Translations under genes and position numbers: made by a program | From: Tubiluchus corallicola | Lineage: Eukaryota > Animalia > Priapulida | DNA: 64,000 nt | Direction: 5' to 3' | Assembly: GCA_030141605.1 (NCBI GenBank) | Contig: JAQGDQ010002377.1 | Location: forward strand, 310,001-374,000 | Shown: one piece after another, positions 1 through 11,982 of the stretch | How the letters are laid out: each line of letters begins with the position of its first letter | How positions within the stretch are numbered: the stretch's first letter is position 1 | The notes under the pieces: model-generated | What the model was told of the DNA's origin: nothing | Seen by the model: only the letters and a program-made list of their open reading frames with translations | The model's database searches: none

Positions 1-2194
1 AATGCTCCCAGATGATCCAGCTTTGTCTTTGTTTTTTGGTTCACAATCTGACAACATTTCTGGCTTGAGGTCGAGCACACGTTTCTCGCGGAGCTTCTTG
101 GGCGAGTCACAGACGCCAAGGTCGCTGCCCTGATAATCTCCTTCGTTAAGCCAGACGGTTTCTCTCAGCCATCGTAATCGACAGTCACATTCAAAAGGGT
201 TTCCTGATAATGAGTGAATGTGTTGTTAAAAGATCTAATGTTATAATTATATAAAGACAATTGTGTGTTTCCCTATTAATAAGTTTCTGGGTTGCTACTG
301 GATAATGTGCTAAGTATTACAAAGGGGCCATCCATACATAACGATATCAAGTTTTCGGCCGATTTGGAGGACTATCCTACCTTATGTTGTAATAGTGTTA
401 TCATATGCCCCACCACCTACCTACCTCTTATATTGATATCGATGTAGTTTTTTGTACATTTTATTCTTTCTCCTCCCAAGGACATTCAACAACATCACTG
501 TTGTTAATTAATGAGAAACCATCAGTGGGTTGCGTCATTCTACTGGCACTGCTACTGCTGCTGGCACACACGTGTGAAAAAAACATGAAGTCAGTTAACA
601 ATATCATGACTAAATCACCTACTTACCTTTAATTTACCTTTACCTTTACTTTACTTACCTATTTACATTATGTTATAATGGTGTTATCACATCTCATGTC
701 ATCTACCTCCCTAAACTTGATATCGTTATATTTGGATGGCCCCAAAACAGCAGTGTAGTGGCAAAACTTTGCACCCACCCTCACAGCCCCAGTATCTGCT
801 GGGAAACCCATCGGTTGGAGGGACCCTTGGCTGTGAAGAAGAACTGGTAAAGCATCAAAGTAATGCATAATTTTCCAAAACTTTAACAATTTTGTCAACG
901 CGAAATTCTCAAGGAAAAATTAAAGGCAAGTTATGATGTTTTTTGACCGATCTTAAAAATTGTGGTACATTCGATAGGCCTCAGACATTTTTACCTAAGT
1001 TTAATGATTTGTGGTCCACTGGCACTACTTTTGCAGGGTGACCCAAACATACAGTTATGCTAATACAGAGCTACAGTGCAGCACAAACCACATATGTGCA
1101 GTGAATCTTAAATATGTATTTGGCACAACTACAATATGTTTAATATAAGAATGTAAAGAAAACAAAAAACTGTTGGTGGTGATTGCATTAGGCTAAACCA
1201 CGAGTTTTTGTAAATTATATGTACAACTTATAATTTAAAATTAGATGGGCTGTATTTTTTATATAGCCTATACCCTCATTGACAGCCATTACACCCTCAA
1301 GCCTCAATGAGTTATTCTGTTTTGTAAAAATAATTGTCAATTAATATTGTGTGAAGAAATTCCACCTAGCTGTGAGATGAACTTTTAATTTAATAAATGA
1401 TAGAACTTCATAATGAAACTTCAAAATTTGCTATTACTTGATTTTCTTGTACTTGGAGTTACATGTACTTACTGGTTTTTTGTTATTATTGTTGTTGTTG
1501 TTATCGTCACCATTATTGTATATCTTATATCGTTATCATTATCATTATGGTAGTACCAGTAGCTGTAGCATAATAGTTGTCACTCACCATATAGCAGCAG
1601 TAAAACGTTTTTTGTCTCAACATTTTGATGAAATGGTATGTAGTCAATATTTTTTATGCCATTCCTCGACAGATCAAGCTCTTTTAACCTCGACAGTGAA
1701 GATAGGTCCAACTTGAAATGCTGAAGCTTGGCAGCTGTAATTTTGAGTGATTCCAAGTCCCTTAGACTTAAAAATGCTTTTGGGTGTATCTGTGGGAGAT
1801 TGGTTGCCTTTATTATAAGATTCGTAGCGTCAAGACCTTCAAAGGTTTTCTCCTTGATTGCCATCAAATTTCTTGCCCTGAGTTCTACATGACGGGCCAC
1901 TATTCCCTTCAGAAACTTCTTGGGAAATGTAGCATTGGGGTTGTTGTTGGTGACCATGAGTTTGTAGACAGGCCGGTCGATCTCGCTCACAGCTGCTTCG
2001 AACTGTGTGCTGTCATGGTAGATGCAGGCAACGTGTGGACATTTTTCTGTGATGGCCACCCTTGTTCCAAAGCTGCAGTGACACTGTGTCATTTTCGGAC
2101 ATCCGGAGTACTGTGAGCAGTCTTCAGCATGGCACAGGAGTAATAAAGTCGACATCACTAATAAAAACTCTGTACTCAAATAATTAGAAGGCAT
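1..2194 (-). CDS. Secreted/cell-surface leucine-rich-repeat protein 1; 3' end runs off the window. Exons 2194-1588 and 203-1
   Basis: Hydrophobic signal peptide (FLLVMSTLLLLCHA), Cys-rich N-cap (CPKMTQCHC), and LRR consensus (LSSLSRLKELDLSRNGI). A phase-1 GTGAGT donor after 1588 and an AG acceptor before 203 join LLLYG to NPFECDCRLRWL...CDSPKKL...C, a canonical LRRCT. Confidence 0.85.
324..743. mobile_element. MITE with ~31-bp terminal inverted repeats, PIF/Harbinger-like termini
   Basis: GGGGCCATCCATACATAACGATATCAAGTTT at 324 and its near-perfect reverse complement ending at 743; AAA flanks both ends. Confidence 0.7.
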
Positions 2195-3351
2195 TTTTCA
2201 ATTAAAGTAGTCAGAGTTTGCTATTATTTGCCACTTAAATATTTCCTTTCTCAAGTACACGAACTACTGGCCACTACTGCATATTGTAGCAAATTAAGCT
2301 CTGAGAACAGCATTTTTTCAGGTAGTTTGATGGGTGTTGGCAGCACAACAGGCCTAAAATGTGAATTAGTGGCAGCCCTTGCAGAAGTTTTCCATTACAG
2401 TATTTCGGCTGTTGACACATTATTTCTCATCGTAGGCTGTCACCTTGGTGATGCCATGCTCATTATTTGCATTGTATTTGGTGTTGGTCATCTTCCCACC
2501 CCCATCACAGTTTCTTTGGCCCTGTACCGGTTTAGTGTCAAACCTCAAACTTTGTTGTAGTTAATGCCCCAGAGACATTTTTAAAAACCAGTTGGCGTGA
2601 GCTGTTCAGCCTCTGCTAATGTTTAATCCTATAATTGTAAATATTGGAATGCAAATATAAGATTACAGCTGAGATGATATGAACCATAAAAACTCTGTTT
2701 GACCAATACATTCTCACGTGGGCTAAGAAAAACAACGGCACCCTATCAGCACTGCTTGCATAAGATGATATTATTGGATTAAGCAATGGAGAAGCACTTG
2801 TTAATTATATTTCTGGGAGTTTATTACATAGGCTGTTAGAAGTCCTGTTTGGAGGAAGTAAAAAATAAAAGTTTGATGTAAAAGATTAACTTTTTTGTGA
2901 TAAGTTATGGTTCTAATACTTCTGTTATTTAAGAATTGAAGAAATGTCCTAGATAGCTCTATTATTGAATAACATTTTATCATTATCCACCAATGCAAGA
3001 ATTAAACTGTTAAGTTTATATACGTGTGTGTGTGTGTGTGTGCATGCTTGCATGTGTGAGGGTGTGTGTGTGTGTTTGTATATGTATATATACTGGTATT
3101 GGCATATGAATTTCCTTATGTTTTTGGACAGGTATAATTGATATTAAAAATGTGTTGTTTTAATTTTATAATATTAACTTATAATCACTCAAATTTAATT
3201 GACTTTGGTTTTGTTTGTTTTGTTTTCAGTTTTGTTTATTGTTAATTTCAGTCTCATTTAATGTAAGCCCAACGATGGTGATTACATCGTTATAATTATG
3301 TCAGTTTGCTTTTGACCATGTATGGTAATTACATGCCATGTTTTGTTACAG

Positions 3352-6300
3352 ATTCGAGGTTTAGGCTCTGGACGTAGCACGCCATCCTCAAAGTTCAGCA
3401 AAGCTGAGTCAGTACTGCGTGAGGGGCCGAAATGGGATCCCGAACGGCTGACGCTTGAAACAAAATTCGTAATGGGTGCTAAAGCAAATAAGTGAGCAAT
3501 AATTTTAATATTAAATGTTTTGCTAATGATATATACAACGGGTGGTGTGGGTCAATAGTACATGTGTCTCAGTTCTTAGCTGCTATGGACTCCTGTGCTT
3601 TTTGGATTCCTTTAGTTCTCTATCATGGTTATTTTCCAACATTTGGTTTTTATTTTATGGGACTGTGCCGGTTAAAGGCAAATTATATATTTATGAGTCA
3701 AGATATAATTTTATGTGAAAACAGAGATTTTGCTTAGTTTTTGTAAGTGACTATGGCTTTTCATTCTTGTTTTTATGCTAATTTAGTGTAATAACAAGAA
3801 CGAAAATTCACAATTTTCTTGAGAGCCTAAAGTCTTCGATAAAACTGCATTTTTACTGACCAATTTATCAAGCAGAATTCCTAATTTTGATTATTCAATA
3901 GTGTAGAGAGTGTGGTGGAGAGCCAGTTCATGTGAGCAATAGTGTTGCAGTGCAGTGACAAACTGCCCCTTCCCCCCCCCCCCCCCATTAAAAACATGAA
4001 ATGCCTACTTTATGTTTGGAATATTTCAAAATGTCATAAGAATTTAAGTACTGTACTTAAATCTTCATCGCCAAGTGATATTAAAGATAAGTTGTGTCTC
4101 TATTTTGCAGAGTAATGTTTGTTCACTGTTTTACAGAGCATTAGGTCTTGGTGCTACTCGTGGTAGATTGTACATAAAACATCCAGATTTATTTAAGGTA
4201 AGTAATTACTACTTAAACTATGCACAGTGATCATAAGTAGCGAAACAAAAAAAGAAAAGGAAAGATGCAAAAGGTGAAATGTGACTGGTGCATCACAGAA
4301 TTCACGGGCAGTTTTTTTGGTCCCTAATTCTTTGAACTAACGTGTTGCTTAGGTTACAAATTGCTGTGTTATTTACTGAGTGGAGACCATCTTTAACTGC
4401 TTTACTCGTTATGATGCTGAATCCGGCAACTAGCGATGCCACTTCACGATAAGAATATTGAAAAAATCAGCAGCAGTTTGTTTGACGATTAACTTCGCTA
4501 CTCCAAGGCCCTATTATTGTGAATGCACTATTACGCATCTTCTTTGTATGCCAATTTACTGTCAAAATAAGTAATGTAGTATAATATAAACTATCTTATG
4601 CATAATTGACCTCCTGTTTGTCAATTGCAGAATTAACTGCTGAAAGTGGACAATAGGTCCTACTAATTTTGTTATAGTGACTGCTAATCATTAGCTCTAA
4701 ATTAGTTTTGAAAAAGCATTTCTTGTGCAAATTATTTTTAAAAATACAAAAAAAATGAGAAAATAATAACATAAGAAAATGTAATATCTCACCACAAATA
4801 AATAAGCTTTTCATAAATTTGTTTTTTTGTGGTATTTGCTTCACATGTTGCTGTGAAATACACACATATTTAAGGTTGAATATCAGCAGTTGTTTCCTGT
4901 TTAGCTATAACTCGGTTAATTTTAACTTTAGTATTCAGGTGATAGTGAAGACAAGGTGTGGTTGTACGAAAATAGGTTGATGCCAGCAACGGGTGGAAGA
5001 GCCTATCTCTTGATAGAGGAAGATATTTATGATTTAGCTGAAACAAATGAATACAAGTAAGTTTTCATACAAAGCCTTTCACAAAATTCTTTCTGAATTA
5101 TGTAAGTATGGAGTGAGTTGTTTCCATAGTCATAGATGCTTTGCTGAAATCTGTTCATTCTCGCTTATTTGTCGTAACGTGAGTACTGATAGCTGCATCA
5201 GCTTGAACACAGTTGAGATTGAAGTGTTGGTGTGTTAACGTGTCAGTGTAGTTGAGTGATAGTTTTAACATTTTTTTGTATTAATCTGATGCAGCAATCA
5301 ACATTGATCATAGCTGCAAAAGATGGTTAAAAGGCTGATACTCACGTTAACAAATCATTTTAATCAAATTAACAAACTATATGTTTAAGAAACAATCATA
5401 TTATTACTATGTTAGAACAGCAACACATATTTATTTCTATTCATTTGATCATAGCTGCAAAAGATGGTTAAAAGGCTGATAATCACGTTAACAAATCATT
5501 TTAATCAAATTAACAAACTATATGTTTAAGAAACAATCATATTATTACTATGTTAGAACAGCAACACATGTTTATTTCTATTCATTTAATTCTGCTAATA
5601 AGTTTTTGTCGTATTTTATTCACTTATAGTTATAACTTGATGTCTATGTTTGAATTTGATATAACATATTAAATAACCGTAAAAGATGTGAGAATGCTAA
5701 TATATTTTCAAGCTAATTTCTGCATTAAAGACACATATATAGATAAAGATAGCAAAATCATCTCAAATTGTAATCTTCTACCAGAATCTGTAGTTGTTTG
5801 TGGTGGCGATTCAGTGGTGTCTTTGGTGTATTCTGTCGTTTCCTCTTCCTCTGTCGTCGGGTTTCCAGTTGGCGGTCTGTATGGATTGCATAAGTCTGCT
5901 GCATTCAGTTCATCGAGGCTTTGTCCGCTAAAATGTGGTGGCTCGGCACAAGTTCCAAGTTTAGTTCCCCAGCCCCAGGTAGTGTTAACCAGCCAGGCCA
6001 GTTCACACGAACAGTTTAATGGATTGTCTGAAAAATTTTTAATATATTATAGGAAACTTAAAGATTGCACAAGTCTTCGGTAGTTAAGTCGTCAAGACTT
6101 TGTCCGCTCAGATGAGGTGGTGCAGCACACTTTCCAAGTCTGGTACCTCCTCCCCAGGAAGTGTTAATGAGCCAGGCTAGTTCACACAAACAGTTTAAGG
6201 GATTGTCTGAAAAAGTTTAATGCATTAAACCTGGTTATTGTTGTCCCGAATTTTTTGGAAAGCAAAATGATGAGTGTACATTATATGATTTCAATCTCAT

Positions 6301-9300
6301 GGCTGTTCAGTAAAATTAGTGCTAAGTAATATTGTATGAAAACACTGTTTTGCACATTTTAATTCTACTACTGTGTGTACTTTCAGCCAAATTTTAGGAA
6401 TTTTATTGATGTTATTCTTTTTTTCGTTTAAAACAGCTGTTTGTAAGAGTTGGAGTTATGTAATGGCATTTTTTCTAAGATTCACCATCAAGATAACCCC
6501 TAAAGCTTATCAAGTTTATCGTACCTGATTAGTCACTTGAAAAGTTGACTGTTTTTAGGTGATCAACATTGCACACTTTCGATGCTATCTATAATTTGCG
6601 TTGTTCAACATTAGTGTGACTGCTAGGCTATTTAACACTTAAATTTCACTAGAATAAGTGGGAATCAAAACAGAACAGAAAGTTATTGTGCTAATTGTGT
6701 CATTTGGCAATATTAAGTTGATTTAACAATAAGAACTTACTACTCAAGTCTAGCGTTATGGCTTGATATTCGCTTCTGCTTATAATGGAATCTTCGTCTA
6801 ATGTTTTTATTAGATTGTTGCTGAGGTCGAGGCTTTCTAGTTCTTCTAGTCCGGGATCGTCGAAGACTCCGCGTTTTATATGCTCAAACTTGTTGTAAAC
6901 CAAGCTAATTATTTTCAACTTAGTGGTTTTTGCAAATGTGCCAGATTCCAATGATGTCAGATTGTTCTCACCTAGAAAAAGCACAGTGAGATTTTGCAAG
7001 TTGTCCAACGCCCTTTCCTCAATTGTGTGGATCTTGTTGTAGTCCAGATAAAGTGCGAACAAACCTGATAAACTTCCAAGTGTGTTTGCCTGAAGAGTTG
7101 TAATGCCATTGTAGCACATCCACAAGTTCTGTACGCTGCCAGGAATTGAAGGTATCCAAGAGGCAACATCCGTTATTGCGTTTTGACTTAAGTCAAGTGT
7201 TATCAAATGTGGAAGTCCTTCAAAGCTCTCACTTGCAATTTCACTTAAACGATTACGTCTCAAATATAGATACTGCAATGAGGAAATATCAGAAAAGGCA
7301 TTATTACTTATCTTAGTTAGTTGTTCATTGTCTACAATTTCTAGTGTGGTTAGTCCTAGTTGTGCAGAAGAATGTTTGAATGCTCCACTGTTGAGTTCAG
7401 TTACATCTGTTCTATTCACTCGTAGTTTCTGTAAAGAGATCATACTTTCTAACATGTTATCAACCAGCTTTGGCGAGTAGTGAAACTCACTGATGATAAA
7501 GGTGCCAATCTGTAACCGCATTGTCTTTAACGTTAATCTTAGTGGTTCATATCCCATCCATTCGCAGAATATTGTTGATTGACCGCCGGATTCTGTACAT
7601 ACACATCGGTCATTTGGTAATTCATGTGGACATAAAGGCACATCTACGCAATCATGGAAACATGGCCAATAGCTGAAGGTTATTTGTGGCAGCCATGCCG
7701 ACAGTATAACACAGACTGACAGTTTTACAAGTTTCATAATTTTATGTAGAGTACCAGACGTTTTCACTAATTTTATAACTGCTTCCTTCCTAGCTTCTTA
7801 TGTCAGCTTCTGTTATAACGGCATTAGTATTTACATTACAAATACGCCCTTTGCTTTACGTTAATGTAACATGTATTTATCATTCTTGCGTAAATCATCA
7901 CATTTTGTTTACAAACTACGTCACATTCTGACACATTTATCACGTCAGTAGAAGCTGATTCTGTACTGACACACAGTCCAAAGACCATGTTAGAGTATCA
8001 GGTACAGTGTAACTACATGTGTCTACATTGCACAATATTTCACGTTGCAAAATATGGTTGACTAAAATTAGGTTAAATGCAACTACTTAACCATGGTTAT
8101 GGAATTATTACAGTGAAATTTCAGTCTTTGCTACACTGTTTTGGAGCCAGAGAACATGTCAGTAAAATGAAAAAAGAAATGACTTCCGATGCAGTTTTTA
8201 TCTCTTGTTTGCAATTCTTTTGTTATTAAGTAGTTCTCTTCAGGAGAAAGGGAGACTTCATGATGATCAGATTATTTTATATATCAACTTCCCCCTCCAG
8301 AATTCCCACACATTTTGACACGGTTTGACTACATAAGTGTCTTTTTAAATAAATTATTATTAACTATTGTTGATTAAGAAATAAATATATAGTCAGTTAC
8401 TATTTCCTGACAAAAATGTTTCTGTGTAGGAATAAATAAGTAGTCGGTTGGTATATCCAGACAAATGTATGTTTCTGTATGGATCAAACATGTTTGATAG
8501 ATAGAAATTTTAAATTGAGCAAGTAGAAGAAAATGTTTTCTGCATACAATAAAAAAAAACCAATCAGTTGTCCTTGAAAAATGTTTTTCTTGCACCCTTA
8601 AAACTACTGTTTCCTGTGAAACATAACCAACTCAGAATTAATAAAAATGTTATAGAGGGACGTGCTTATAGAGCACTATAAAAGGTGGTCGGTGAGCCGG
8701 GCATCCAGAGCTCCAAAGTTGTGTGTTCTAAGCAACATTCGCATGTTTTATTTAATTACTGTTCATGAATAATTGCGTATTCACTTATCAGATTTTGATA
8801 AAACCAGAACCAGAGGACAAAAAAACAAAAGAACAAAAGGGAAAGCTATTTGATCCATTTGGTAATTGGTAACATTTAGGGTTAGACTGTTAGGGCATTC
8901 CCACAATTTAAAGGTTATAAATCAGTAAAGTTGAACAGCCATATATATCACATATAATTTTATTTTGGCGTGTCTTCTGGTACGAGTATTGAACACATTT
9001 ATATAACCATATTTTTATTATTGCCAGAGACACAAAAAAATAAAACCTTTGGCCACAGCAAGCACTGATAAGAAGGCCTCGGGAAGAAGAAATGGTATAC
9101 AGGTGGTTAACTATTGAAGATCAAATACATAGAAATAGATTAATATACGATGAATTACATACATTAGTAAACGTAAATAAGCTAAATGTTGAAGATGGCA
9201 TCAGTGTTTAAGTTGTCAAGATTTTACTTGATAAGGCGAAGTAGTTTGCCATGCATTCCATATCTAGTAGTTTTTCCCTAAGAAGTGTTAATAAGCCAGG

Positions 9301-11982
9301 TTAGGTTAAATTATGGCTTTAGTGGGTTGTCTGAAAAAGTCAAAATCCCTTTTGATGAGCTTCAAAATGACAAGAGTACATTACTGTAATATCATGTAAA
9401 TGTTAACTTAATCGCTGAAAATGTTTTCAGAGTGAAAGACAGTCGTCACTGCCTATTTCTACTACCTCTTTTACTAGCTTGTAGTAGGCTAGTAGCATCC
9501 CACTGGTTGGAAAGCTTAATATAAAATGATTTATGATTGTTGTTCTTTGGTCTACTGCCCCCCCCCCCTCATTGGCTGTTTGTGATTTCCAATGACCTCT
9601 GCTTCCAAGTGAATTACAGTTAAACTTGCCTCATTGCAATTGCAGCCAGATGACAAGTTAAAAGCCGCACCTTGTTCCTTGCGTGCATTGTATAAAAGCA
9701 AAATTTTCAATTTCCCAACTTCAAAATACCAGTATCCTTTCAATCACACTGGCCTGATATACTACAAAGTTTATTTTGCATTTTGCATATTTATGCATCA
9801 AATATCACTTTTATGCTACTAGCTGTACTACTGGCTCAAATGCCTTGTCTGTGAAAATGGTCTAAAATTGCTTAGAATGTCATGGCAGATCAAATAACTG
9901 GCCTGGAATTCATACATCTTGTTAACAAACATTGACACGAGCACATCCTTGAGTTTGACCTGCATGTACTCATATCCTGGTATGGTTGTAAAAATGTTCA
10001 GTGTAATAAATGCATTTCATCTTGCGATGCCACCCTCAGAGCCTAGGAATTGCCATAATACAAATGCTTTAACAGAACAAAAGGGAGTCAGAGATCAAAT
10101 TCATACTGTATTTATTACATTTAAACAGCTTTTTTATGTGGGTCATGTATTTTTCTTAAAAACGGTTCCATGAATATTTGTCACAGATTTCAGTTTGCAG
10201 ACTATTCCAAAAGTTAGTACCCATTATTTTGAACATGCTGTTTCAGTTTTTCAGTTCTCAGATTCCATTTTAGAGAACAAGGGCGTTTGTGGTCATCCCT
10301 TTAATCCTTTTTTATTATAATAACCAGTAGGCTTTAAAAGATCCCAGTAATACGGTATTTGTATAACCTGACTTCTGCTGAGATTTTAACAATACCAAGT
10401 AGTGCACTAGCTGGTTCTAGAAATGTTCATTTAGATGTCCTTGGAACCTGCATACTTGTGTGTGAGGTCCTTTTGCCATTTTCTGTCATGCACAGTATGC
10501 AGCATGGCACCTAATTAAGCCTTTAGCAGTGTTATATATAATTATTATTATTATATGTACTAAATAATTCAGAAGTGTGCCTTGTATGCAAAAACTGATG
10601 GGATAAAAGCTTTTATGCACAAATCAGGTACACTTGTTTGCTTTAAAGTATACATGTACTATTGTCAATATTAATCTTGAGTTTCAATAATGGAAGCACA
10701 AATTATCATTATTTAGTTAATTAAGCATTTTGCTGGAATGCTGGAAAATTCGGAACTTCTGCTAATGGAACGTCTTTTCAGAAATCAACCGGGGCTGATG
10801 TTAAATATACTCAAAGGTTTTACCGTGCCTGAATTCATGCTGTTAAAAATGAAACTCCATATGGAAGCATTGCGCACAGACCGTAACAAGTCCAGACAGG
10901 GTCACGTTGTCTCGGATAAACTAGATGCTATAAAGGTATGGCTAACTGGATGTCGTTACCAACACTCAAAGGCTGATATGAATTGCAGATACCATATACC
11001 GGAAAAAATGTGAGCTAAAGTTTTGCGAATTCAACTTCAAACATTGTTTGTGCAGTGATATTTTTAGCACAGCCTTGCGAACATTACAACGAGAATCTCT
11101 GCAGGGAATTACATGTAATAGTAATAAAAATAAGAATTACATATAGTAGTTGGAATTACATGTATTACCACATTGCTAGTTGCCCTGATCATAACAGACC
11201 GAGAGTGAAAAGTGCTAAACTTATCTAACAGCTAGTACTAGCATTTACTTATTAAATTTATGTGCACAAAAAACTTATAGTTGTTTGAAAAAAGAGCAAA
11301 ATTGGAATTTTTGTTTTGTAGACAGTGTTTTCTAAAATTTTCGGATTTACCATCAAACAAAGCCAACGTGTTGCTACAAATTATTATTAGAAAGCACAAG
11401 CATCAACTTAAGTACTAGTGTAATTTATGTCTGACTTTCCTCGCAAGTATTTCTAGCACGCACTAATTTTATGATTTCAGTAGATTAGTGACCAGCTGAT
11501 TTGAGTGCTCACTAGCTGACCACGAGTCAGTTGCTTATTACAGATATACTTGCTCAACTTTTTAAGCAGATCTTGTGAATTTATTTCTGTGTAGAAATTT
11601 ACACTGTCCATTACTGATTTGATTGCTCAATAACTGAGAAAATTATGATCTTGTGCTACCTGTTGATGCAAGATCCACTCCGTGAATTTATTAAAAAGTA
11701 ATTTAATTGCATAAACTGTGGCTTATAGCTTACCTGTTTTAACATTGTTTTGTTTTACAGCCAGAGTTAGGAGAAACATATGAAGAAGCAAACAGTGAGA
11801 CTGGTAAAGGGGATGTAGCTAGCTCCGGTCCCACCTCGCCAGTTACCATGGAAACATGTTCTACCCACAATCCATCGCCTCTTGGAGAATTTGCTGATTT
11901 AGAAGTACCCAGTCCAACAGTAATGTCTGATCTGGGACTAAATGATGGTCAACTATCTGCTCCTTTTGATGTAAATGATTAA
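3352..11982 (+). CDS. DNTTIP1: Deoxynucleotidyltransferase terminal-interacting protein 1 (MiDAC subunit), 3' part. Exons 3352-3491, 4137-4197, 4932-5056, 10782-10935, 11761-11982
   Basis: Spliced translation REGPKWDPERLTLETKFVMGAKANK|ALGLGATRGRLYIKHPDLFK|YSGDSEDKVWLYENRLMPATGGRAYLLIEEDI...|NQPGL...FTVPEFMLLKMKLHMEALRT matches the conserved DNTTIP1 C-terminal domain. All introns are GT-AG and in phase; TAA at 11980-11982. The N-terminal exons were not found in the window. Confidence 0.92.
5304..5587. repeat. Two-copy tandem duplication, 141-bp unit
   Basis: TTGATCATAGCTGCAAAAGATGG... starts at 5304 and again at 5445; two substitutions seen between the copies. Confidence 0.9.
5708..7737 (-). 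CDS. LRR protein 2, stalked isoform with putative GPI anchor. Exons 7737-6741 and 6027-5708, 438 aa
   Basis: ATG at 7737, signal peptide, LRRNT, and about 10 LRRs (LQYLYLRRNRL, LITLDLSQNAI, LESLDLSNNLI). A GTAAGT phase-1 donor follows 6741 and a TTTTTCAG acceptor precedes 6027. The exon reads NNPLNCSCELAWL...CAEPP...LC, then a Thr/Glu/Pro stalk and hydrophobic tail to TGA at 5710-5708. Confidence 0.8.
6058..6206 (-). CDS. Alternative terminal LRRCT exon of LRR protein 2, giving a soluble 381-aa isoform with exon 7737-6741
   Basis: TTTTTCAG acceptor before 6206 in the same phase. It reads NNPLNCLCELAWLINTSWGGGTRLGKCAAPPHLSGQSLDDLTTEDLCNL* with all four LRRCT cysteines intact. Confidence 0.78.
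9182..9330 (-). pseudogene. Decayed copy of the LRRCT exon
   Basis: Same length (149 nt), same TTTTTCAG acceptor and same terminal stop position as exon 6206-6058. It reads NPLKP*FNLTWLINTS*GKTTRYG...*NLDNLNTDAIFNI*, with three internal stops and no cysteines. Confidence 0.8.

Noticed and set aside
781-850. Possible DNTTIP1 or LRR exon
   Set aside because: No recognisable homology in any frame.
6028-6057. GT...AG micro-intron joining the two LRRCT exons
   Set aside because: Only 30 nt long and it follows a stop codon; readthrough would be out of frame.
5688-6083. 131-aa plus-strand ORF
   Set aside because: It is the antisense shadow of the stalked LRRCT exon.
7738-7767. ORF-track start of LRR2 at 7767
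   Set aside because: A non-ATG start; ATG 7737 directly precedes the signal peptide.
1-9330. Somatic, VLR-style cassette assembly
   Set aside because: Both LRR genes have complete germline LRR exons, and no arrays of single-LRR donor cassettes are visible.
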